A model generated the notes under the pieces. The model had not been told where the DNA came from. It worked only from the letters and a program-made list of their open reading frames with translations, and made no database searches. The position numbers were made by a program, and so were the translations under genes. A stretch of DNA of 64,000 bases. It comes from Burkholderiales bacterium (GTDB lineage Bacteria; Pseudomonadota; Gammaproteobacteria; Burkholderiales; SHXO01). The stretch lies in contig DATJZQ010000064.1 in NCBI GenBank assembly GCA_035499005.1, forward strand, positions 966 through 64,965. The letters are read 5' to 3'. Shown here one piece after another: positions 57,634 to 64,000 of this stretch. Position 1 is the stretch's first letter; the number at the start of each line of letters is the position of its first letter.

Positions 57634-58941
57634 ATGCTGACTCCCTCGGCTCTCCTGGTGCGACTGGCGCTCGCGTGGCTCGTCGCCGCCATCGCCGCGT
57701 CCATCTGGAAACAGCTTGCGGACGCGTGGATCATCGCAGGCGCGGCGCTCGGGGTGCTGGCGTTGGCGGACCTGTTTCTCGCGGCACGCCGCACCCGGCT
57801 TCAGGTGCGGCGCCAGTTGCCGGCTTCGGCTCCGCTCTACGTCTGGATCGAAGTCCGATTGCATCTTTCCAATCCAGACCGCATGCGCCTCATCTGCGAA
57901 GCGTTCGACCATTACCCGCCGGAATGCTTGAGCGAAGGCCTGCCGCGCAGGCTCGCGATTCCCGCCGGTGGCTGGGCCGAGTTCGGCTATCGCCTGCGGC
58001 CGACTACCCGCGGCGACCTGCATTTCGGCCCCCTTGGCCTGCGCATCAATTCTCCGCTCTCACTGTGGCAGCGCCGCCTGCGCATCAGCGAGCCGTCGAA
58101 GCTGCGCGTGTATCCCAACTTCGCAGCGCTCACGCGCTACGCTCTGCTGGCCACGGATCACCGCTTGTCGCAGATGGGCATCCTGCAGCGCCGCCGCCGC
58201 GGCGAAGGGCTCGATTTCGACCAGCTGCGCGAATACCGCGAGGGCGACAGCCAGCGCAAGATCGACTGGAAGGCGAGCGAGCGTCTGGGCAAGTTGATTT
58301 CACGCGACTACCAGGACGAGCGCGACCAGCAGGTCGTGTTCCTGATCGACTGCGGCCGGCGCATGCGCGCCAAGGACGACGATTGCTCTCACTTCGACCA
58401 CGCGCTGGACGCCACTTTGCTCCTGGCCTACGTGAGCCTGCGGCAAGGCGACGCGGTCGGGTTGATGACCATGAGCGGTCAACACCTGTGGCTGGCGCCA
58501 CGCAAGTCCCACGCGACCGTCAATGTCATCCTGAATCAGGTGTACGGGCTGCAGCCGAGCCTCTCCACCAGCGACTATCACCAGGCTGCTGTGGAGCTGG
58601 CGAAGCGGCTCAAGAAGCGCGCGCTGGTGGTTCTGATCTCGAACCTGCGCGACGAAAACGACGATACGCTGCTGCCGGCGCTGAGCCTGCTGCGGAAGCG
58701 CCACCTCGTGCTGTTCGCGAGCCTGCGCGAGCGAGCCCTTGACGACACGATACTCACCCCGGTGGAAGAATTTGAGGCTGCGCTCACGCACGGCGCCGCG
58801 GTCGAATACCGCGTGCGGCGCGACGCGACGTTCCGCCGCCTCAAGCAGGGTCACGTGGCTTTCCTGGACGTCCCGCCGCAGCGTCTTGCGCTGGCGCTGG
58901 TGAACCGCTATCTGGAAGTGAAGCGCAGCGGGCAGCTGTAA
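57634..58941 (+). CDS. DUF58 (vWA-like) protein, MoxR partner
   Basis: Two N-terminal TM helices. Signature GEGLDFDQLREYREGDSQRKIDWKASERLGKLISRDY and the vWA-like VVFLIDCGRRM. Confidence 0.88.
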   Translation: MLTPSALLVRLALAWLVAAIAASIWKQLADAWIIAGAALGVLALADLFLAARRTRLQVRRQLPASAPLYVWIEVRLHLSNPDRMRLICEAFDHYPPECLSEGLPRRLAIPAGGWAEFGYRLRPTTRGDLHFGPLGLRINSPLSLWQRRLRISEPSKLRVYPNFAALTRYALLATDHRLSQMGILQRRRRGEGLDFDQLREYREGDSQRKIDWKASERLGKLISRDYQDERDQQVVFLIDCGRRMRAKDDDCSHFDHALDATLLLAYVSLRQGDAVGLMTMSGQHLWLAPRKSHATVNVILNQVYGLQPSLSTSDYHQAAVELAKRLKKRALVVLISNLRDENDDTLLPALSLLRKRHLVLFASLRERALDDTILTPVEEFEAALTHGAAVEYRVRRDATFRRLKQGHVAFLDVPPQRLALALVNRYLEVKRSGQL

Positions 58942-59057
58942 CAGCGTCGCGATCTAACCTTCGGCTAGTTCTCGAGACAATTGCTTGTGCTAGGCTCCGG
59001 AGCAAGGCACGGCACCGCCGGCGCGGAACAGCGGATGTCCAAGGGAGAGGGGTCCAG

Positions 59058-59849
59058 ATGCTTTCGTCGCGTGTTACCGTTGCGCTCGCCGGAGCGCTCC
59101 TCGCGTCCGCCTGTCAAGTCCAGCAAACCGCGATCCGCAAGGACATCTCGAAGGAATCCGAGCGACCGCTGCCGCACCGCGTGCTGCTGGCCGAACCGGA
59201 CATCCGCGTGCACGAGATCTCGGCCGGCGAGCTGGTCGAGGAGGTACGCGAGTGGAGCCAGAAGGCATCCGGAGAGGCGGTTAAGTCGGTCGAGGGGCTG
59301 GCCCAGGCGAGCGGGATGTTCGAGGTGGTTCAGCCGTCCAGGCTGTCGGACGCGGAGCGCGGCACGCTCGATCAATACGCTTCCCTGTACGCCCTGGTCT
59401 CGGGCAGTGCGTACTCGGCTCAGCATTCCATGTACAGCGCATGGCAGAAGCGCGCCGCGGAGTTCGACTACACGCTCGGGCCCGGCATGGACGGCATCCG
59501 CAAGAACGCAAAACTCGACGCCGTCGTGTTCGTGGTGGGCACCGATTACATCTCGAGCGCCAGCCGTAAAGCGGCGATGGCCATCGGATATACGCTGGAC
59601 GTGCTGGGCGTGCTTGGCAGTGTATTGAGCCCTTACGGGAAGCCGACGGGACATATCGGTCCCGAATCCAAACCGGCGTTCCTGTCGGCCGGAATCGTGG
59701 ATATGCACACCGGCGAGCTGCTCTGGTACAGCACCGAGCTACGCAGCGGATCCGACGACCTGCGCGATCCGGCGGTGGTCAAGAGCCTCGTCGAGGACCT
59801 GTTCAAGACGTACCCGGGTGCTCCCAAACCGACCGATGCGAAGAAATAA
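59058..59849 (+). CDS. hypothetical lipoprotein
   Basis: Lipobox LLASAC at the N-terminus. 263 aa with no recognised domain. Its end overlaps the next gene start by 14 nt. Confidence 0.6.
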   Translation: MLSSRVTVALAGALLASACQVQQTAIRKDISKESERPLPHRVLLAEPDIRVHEISAGELVEEVREWSQKASGEAVKSVEGLAQASGMFEVVQPSRLSDAERGTLDQYASLYALVSGSAYSAQHSMYSAWQKRAAEFDYTLGPGMDGIRKNAKLDAVVFVVGTDYISSASRKAAMAIGYTLDVLGVLGSVLSPYGKPTGHIGPESKPAFLSAGIVDMHTGELLWYSTELRSGSDDLRDPAVVKSLVEDLFKTYPGAPKPTDAKK

Positions 59850-61002
59850 ACTCTTCTTCGTTCGCTGCGCAGGCGCTGCATCCGTCTTGTGCTGGTCACT
59901 CGCCGCGGCCAGCGCGAAGGTCCCTCCATTTGCCGATGTCAGCGCGCTCGGTCAGGTGAGCGGCGACGAGCGGCGCGTCTGGGACGAGGGCGACGAATTC
60001 ACGCGGACGCTGGCGCGCGGCGGTGTGATCTACGACGACGCCGCGACCACCGCCTACGTGCAGAACGTTGCGGACCAGTTGTTTCCCGAGTTCAAGGGTC
60101 ACATCCAGGTGGCTATCGTGAAGTCTGCCCAGCTCAACGCGTTCGCGCTGCCCAACGGGCGCATCTACGTCAACCAGGGCCTGCTCGCTCGCCTGCAGAA
60201 CGAGGCGCAGCTCGCCACGCTGCTCGGCCACGAAGGCACCCACTTCACCAACCGCCACGGCTACCAGAGCGAGAAGACCGCGAAGGACAATGCGGCGTTT
60301 GGCGTTCTCGGTGGTATGGTGGTCCCGCTGCTGCCCGAGCTCATCGCCGTGAGCTCCATGTACGGATTCTCGCGGGAAATGGAGGCGGAGGCGGACGTGC
60401 AAGGCTATGCCCGGCTGAAGAAGGCGGGTTATGACGTGCACGAGGCGCCTCGCGTGTTCGAGCACCTGATCGCCGAGATCAAGGCCGAAGACATCAAGGA
60501 GCCGTTCTTTTTCGCCACCCATCCCAAGCTCGCCGACCGCGTCGAGAACATGAAGAAGCTGTCGGCCGGCGCGCCGTATGGCGGAAAGGGGACCTCGAGC
60601 GCAGAGTACACCGATGTCATGATGAAGACGCGCGTGGACAACCTCGAGCTGATGCTGTCCATGGGACGGGCAAAGAGTGCGCTGATCATGCTCGGCGACC
60701 CCGACCGGCGCGCGGAGCTTCCGGCGCAGGTCGACTACTACTTGGGCGAAGCCTACCGTCTGCGGGGCCAGGAGGGCGACGTCAGGCTCGCAGAACAGGC
60801 CTACGTCAAAGCGATCGAAGCGGCTCCCGAGTTCGCGCCCAGCTACCGGGCGCTCGGCGTGCTGCGCCTCAAGGCCAACCATTACGCGGACGCGCAGACC
60901 TACCTCGACCGCTACCTCGAGCTCGCCCCCAACGCGCCGGACCGCAAGTATGTCGAGAGCTATCTCAAGATCGCGAGAAAGAAAGCCGGAGGCCAGCCGT
61001 GA
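59836..61002 (+). CDS. periplasmic M48-family metallopeptidase with C-terminal TPR repeats (BepA/YfgC-like architecture)
   Basis: Signal peptide, the HEGTHF (HExxH) motif with downstream EMEAEAD, and C-terminal TPR-like YYLGEAYRLRG...YRALGVLRLKANHYADAQTYLDRYLELAPN. Confidence 0.8.
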   Translation: MRRNKLFFVRCAGAASVLCWSLAAASAKVPPFADVSALGQVSGDERRVWDEGDEFTRTLARGGVIYDDAATTAYVQNVADQLFPEFKGHIQVAIVKSAQLNAFALPNGRIYVNQGLLARLQNEAQLATLLGHEGTHFTNRHGYQSEKTAKDNAAFGVLGGMVVPLLPELIAVSSMYGFSREMEAEADVQGYARLKKAGYDVHEAPRVFEHLIAEIKAEDIKEPFFFATHPKLADRVENMKKLSAGAPYGGKGTSSAEYTDVMMKTRVDNLELMLSMGRAKSALIMLGDPDRRAELPAQVDYYLGEAYRLRGQEGDVRLAEQAYVKAIEAAPEFAPSYRALGVLRLKANHYADAQTYLDRYLELAPNAPDRKYVESYLKIARKKAGGQP

Positions 61003-61649
61003 GACGCATGACGGGGCTTGCGCTGGCGGCGGCCGTGGCGTTGCTGCTGGCGGGCTGTGTACAAACACCGACTCGCGTCGATACCGCGCGGAGCGAAGCG
61101 CCGGACAAGAGCTACACCGTGGATCTGCCGGTCGGCTGGATCAAGCAGGCCACCGTCGATAACCGCAAGCTGCTCGTCAGCCGCGACGGCTTTCTGCTGA
61201 ACGCGATCGAGGTGTCCAGGCAGCCGCTGAAGGAAGCTTTCCCCAAGACCAAAAAAGCCGCCACTGACAGCATGTTCCCGGCCGAGCTGGCCGAGCTGGA
61301 AATCGCGGAGATCAAGGCCGAGGATCAATACACCGCGGCGTTGAACGTGATCGAGAACGAGCCCGCGGAAATCGACGGGCACGAAGGCTTCCGCGTCCGC
61401 GTGAGCTTCAAGAATGCACGCGGGCTCGAGATCCAGCGGGTCGCGGCCGGCTTCGCCGACAGGGCGGCATACTACCGCCTCGCGTTTCAGGCTCCGATAC
61501 TGTACTACTTCGACACCTACTACCCGGAGTTCCAGAAGACGCTGGCTTCCTTTCAGCTCGCTGGCAGCGCCAGGAAGACCACCAGCATCCCGGCGCAGAT
61601 CATGCTTTCCTGCGCTTCCGTGTGGCCTGACCACGCTACGCCAGAGTGA
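60999..61649 (+). CDS. hypothetical lipoprotein
   Basis: GTGA overlap with the peptidase stop. Lipobox LLAGC. 216 aa, mixed alpha/beta, no recognised family. Confidence 0.6.
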   Translation: MRRMTGLALAAAVALLLAGCVQTPTRVDTARSEAPDKSYTVDLPVGWIKQATVDNRKLLVSRDGFLLNAIEVSRQPLKEAFPKTKKAATDSMFPAELAELEIAEIKAEDQYTAALNVIENEPAEIDGHEGFRVRVSFKNARGLEIQRVAAGFADRAAYYRLAFQAPILYYFDTYYPEFQKTLASFQLAGSARKTTSIPAQIMLSCASVWPDHATPE

Positions 61650-61672
61650 CACTCGGAGAAGAGCAACGCGCT

Positions 61673-62134
61673 ATGACCAAATCCCTCCTCTGCGCCGCTG
61701 CGCTGACGGCCCTGGCGTGGACCGCCTCGAGCTGGGCCCAGACCGTCTACAAGTCGACCATGCCCGATGGCCGCGTCATCTACAGCACGGAGCCGGTGCA
61801 CGGTGCGAAGCGCGTCGAGACCTTGAAACCGCCGGCTGAGAACACCGGCGTGAAACCGGTCGTGCCAGCGGACGCGCAGAAGCTGGAGCAGCAGGAGCGG
61901 CAGCGGTCGAAAAGAGAGGCGCGGCAGGACGAGTTGCAGCAAGCCGAGAAAGCGTTGCGCGATGCCGAAGCAGCGCAGGCTGCCGGTAAAGAGCCGCTTC
62001 CCGGTGAACGCAGCGGTACCGCGGGCGGCGGCAGCCGCCTGAGCGACGAATACTGGAGCCGACAAAAGTCGCTCGAAGCGGCCGTAGCCGAGGCGCGCAA
62101 ACACCTCGACGAGCTCCGCGCAAGCGCGCGCTAG
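61673..62134 (+). CDS. DUF4124-domain secreted protein with coiled-coil tail
   Basis: Signal peptide, then VYKSTMPDGRVIYSTEP (DUF4124-like beta-hairpin motif), then a Glu/Gln/Arg-rich helical C-terminus. Confidence 0.65.
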   Translation: MTKSLLCAAALTALAWTASSWAQTVYKSTMPDGRVIYSTEPVHGAKRVETLKPPAENTGVKPVVPADAQKLEQQERQRSKREARQDELQQAEKALRDAEAAQAAGKEPLPGERSGTAGGGSRLSDEYWSRQKSLEAAVAEARKHLDELRASAR

Positions 62135-62141
62135 CGGCGCG

Positions 62142-62180
62142 CCTCCCTCACCCCCCGGTCCCTCTCCCAAGGGGAGACGG
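62142..62180. repeat. REP-like repeat (between the convergent DUF4124 genes)
   Basis: CCTCCCTCACCCCCCGGTCCCTCTCCC-AA-GGGGAGACGG. Confidence 0.7.
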
Positions 62181-62192
62181 AAGAAGGTTTCG

Positions 62193-62699
62193 CTAGCGCA
62201 GCTGGTTCAGCGCGTCGTAAGCGCGGTCCGCGCGGGCCTGCGCTTGCTCGACGCCCTGCTCGAGCTTCTTCAACCGATCATAGTACTGCGGCAGCACGCG
62301 CGTTCCGCCCATCGCGTTGCTCTGCATTTCGCTCGGCAGCGGATCTTTGCCCAGCTCGCGCTCGCGCTTGGCCAAGTCGAGCGCCTGTCCGGCGTCGACG
62401 ATCTCGCGCTGGGCGCGCTCGAGCGCGGCGGAGCGCTCACGCAATCGCTTGTCCAGGGCTGCAGCTTGAGCCTTCGCGTCCGGACGCGCTGCAGCCGGCG
62501 CAGCTGCCGGCGCCTGCTCATCCGGCATGTCGACCGTGTACAGCAGCTTCGCGCCTTTGATCCGATGATCGGAGTAAACGATCCGGCCATCGGACAGCTG
62601 CTGTTTGTAGATCGTGTTCGCTGCCGCCGGCAGCACCGCTGCCAGCAGCAGCGACGCGCAGAGCACGGTGCGCAACCGCAAGCGGCGGCCGCCGCTCAC
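62193..62699 (-). CDS. DUF4124-domain secreted protein with coiled-coil tail (convergent paralogue)
   Basis: GTG at 62699. Signal peptide, IYKQQLSDGRIVYSDHR, then a helical Ala/Arg/Glu-rich C-terminus. Start overlaps the CDGSH gene stop by 4 nt. Confidence 0.6.
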   Translation of the reverse strand: MSGGRRLRLRTVLCASLLLAAVLPAAANTIYKQQLSDGRIVYSDHRIKGAKLLYTVDMPDEQAPAAAPAAARPDAKAQAAALDKRLRERSAALERAQREIVDAGQALDLAKRERELGKDPLPSEMQSNAMGGTRVLPQYYDRLKKLEQGVEQAQARADRAYDALNQLR

Positions 62700-63100
62700 G
62701 CAACGAAGCCCACGCTGCGGTGCGTCCCGTCGCAAAACGGTTTGTTGGCCGACTGGCCGCAGCGGCACAGGGCCGTCTGCTGTCCGGCGAAGATGAGGCC
62801 CGCGACTGGATGGCGGACTTCGCAGGCTCCTTCGATGCGCAGCGGGCCGTTGACGCGCAGGCCGACGCGCAGCGCGCCGCTTCCCGCCGGCTGTGCCGGT
62901 GACGCTGCGGGCTTGGGCTGGCTCGCATCGTGAAAGCCGCGCTTGTGGCTGCCGTCGCAGTAGGGTTTATTGGCGGACTGACCGCAGCGGCACAGCCAGG
63001 TCTCGGCCTCGCTCGCCACCAGCTTGCCGTCAGCGGTGACGATCTCGATCTCGCCGCGCACTTCGTAGGGCCCGTCGGCCGTTGGGATGATCGTGTTCAT
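62696..63100 (-). CDS. CDGSH iron-sulfur domain protein (two CDGSH motifs)
   Basis: 134 aa from the ATG at 63100, preceded by GGAGG. Motifs CRCGQSANKPYCDGSH and CRCGQSANKPFCDGTH. The upstream part of the track ORF was rejected. Confidence 0.85.
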   Translation of the reverse strand: MNTIIPTADGPYEVRGEIEIVTADGKLVASEAETWLCRCGQSANKPYCDGSHKRGFHDASQPKPAASPAQPAGSGALRVGLRVNGPLRIEGACEVRHPVAGLIFAGQQTALCRCGQSANKPFCDGTHRSVGFVA

Positions 63101-63147
63101 CTGCAGACCTCCGTCGATGCTGGGACGCCCGGCACAACTATACCCCT

Positions 63148-63930
63148 CTACTGCGCCGTCCACGCCCCATCGATGCTCACGCTTGCGCCTGTGATCGACG
63201 CTGCCGCTTCGCCGCACAGGAACACCGTGAGCGCGGCCACCTCGTCGATCTTGACGAACTGCTTGCTCGGCTGGCGCTCGAGGATGACCTTCGCGATCAC
63301 TTCGTCGCGCGCAATGCCGTGAACCTTGGCCTGATCGTCGATCTGCTTCTCCACCAGAGGGGTCAGCACGTAGGCCGGACAGATCGCGTTGCAGGTCACG
63401 CCCTTGCCGGCCGTCTCGAGCGCCACGGTCTTGGTAAGTCCGACGAGGCCGTGCTTGGCGGCGACATACGCCGATTTGAACGGTGAGGCCACCAGGCCGT
63501 GGATCGACGCGATGTTGACGATCCGTCCCCAGCCACGCTCCCGCATTTGCGGCAGAACGCAGCGTATCGCGTGAAACGCGGAGCTCAGATTGACGGCGAC
63601 GATCGCATCCCACTTGTCGGGAGGAAATTCGTCAACGGGCGCGACGTGCTGAATGCCGGCGTTGTTGACGAGAATATCGACGCCGCCGAAGGCCTGAACC
63701 GCTTCGTCGACCATTTTCTGGATATCGGCCGGGCGTAGCATGTCGGCACTCGAATACGACACCTTCACTCGGTGCTCCTGCTCCATGCGGCTGCGGATGC
63801 GCTCGATCTCCGCCGCATCCCCGAGACCATTCAACATCACTGCGCTGCCTTGGCCTGCCAGCGCTTGCGCGATGGCGAGACCGATCCCGCTCGTAGAGCC
63901 CGTGACGATCGCCGATTTTCCCTTCAACAT
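63148..63930 (-). CDS. bdhA: 3-hydroxybutyrate dehydrogenase (SDR family)
   Basis: 260-aa ORF with TGSTSGIGLAIA, NNAGIQ, and YVAAKHG catalytic motifs, ending SIDGAWTAQ as is typical of BdhA. Confidence 0.85.
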   Translation of the reverse strand: MLKGKSAIVTGSTSGIGLAIAQALAGQGSAVMLNGLGDAAEIERIRSRMEQEHRVKVSYSSADMLRPADIQKMVDEAVQAFGGVDILVNNAGIQHVAPVDEFPPDKWDAIVAVNLSSAFHAIRCVLPQMRERGWGRIVNIASIHGLVASPFKSAYVAAKHGLVGLTKTVALETAGKGVTCNAICPAYVLTPLVEKQIDDQAKVHGIARDEVIAKVILERQPSKQFVKIDEVAALTVFLCGEAAASITGASVSIDGAWTAQ

Positions 63931-64000
63931 CTGCCCGCGTCCTGTTCTCTTGCAGATTCCCGAAGTCTAGCATCGACTGAATACTGCGTAAGCCGGATGT

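Noticed and set aside
53487-58023. Two very long minus-strand ORFs (53487..55343, 618 aa; 56563..58023, 486 aa) opposite the MoxR module
   Set aside because: They are antisense to genes with diagnostic motifs (MoxR Walker A/B, DUF58 signature). Their translations are extremely Arg-rich and featureless.
1-64000. Search for tRNA/rRNA genes, integrases, transposases, toxin-antitoxin pairs or defence-system genes that would mark a genomic island
   Set aside because: I recognised none in any frame. The only mobile-type features are the dcd intein and the small non-autonomous repeats. No clear compositional island was evident by eye; this was not computed.

Overview
Visibly GC-rich (about two-thirds G+C by eye, not computed) proteobacterial chromosomal window, almost fully coding. 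I found no rRNA, tRNA, CRISPR array, IS element or prophage. Left third (1-27 kb) is a housekeeping block with beta/gammaproteobacterial synteny: accD(partial)-trpA-trpB-trpF-truA-fimV-asd-leuB-leuD-leuC, then MFS transporter, orphan ABC substrate-binding protein, aroC, thyA-folA, an alanine-racemase-fold ornithine/lysine decarboxylase, dcd-apbC-metG, acyP, dnaE. Middle (27-51 kb) is a mixed metabolic/accessory stretch: alpha/beta hydrolases, TetR regulator, metY, CoA-binding protein, TlpA-like thioredoxin, aminopeptidase, yqjD/yqjE/yqjK-like operon, two paralogous small secreted repeat proteins, M48 peptidase, epoxide hydrolase, DUF1835 and Sel1 proteins, aminotransferase, panE, enolase-superfamily enzyme, beta-carbonic anhydrase, cupin, RidA, FAD-linked oxidase, di-haem DUF1111 oxidoreductase. 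Right end (51-64 kb) carries a translationally coupled RDD / SpoIIM-like / DUF4129 / DUF4350 / MoxR / DUF58 membrane module, then a lipoprotein / M48-TPR peptidase / lipoprotein operon, two convergent DUF4124 genes, a double-CDGSH Fe-S protein and bdhA. Most notable observations: (1) dcd is interrupted by a 376-aa intein with an HNH endonuclease core, inserted at the catalytic-loop Arg; (2) the uncharacterised MoxR/DUF58-centred six-gene membrane module; (3) a 21-codon leader ORF with strong SD and near-consensus promoter just upstream of the decarboxylase; (4) a pair of small secreted paralogues with an internal GIAYDKDVAERTN repeat; (5) several intergenic repeat families, one copy of which lies in frame inside metG. 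Many long ORFs in the track are antisense high-GC artefacts and were rejected.
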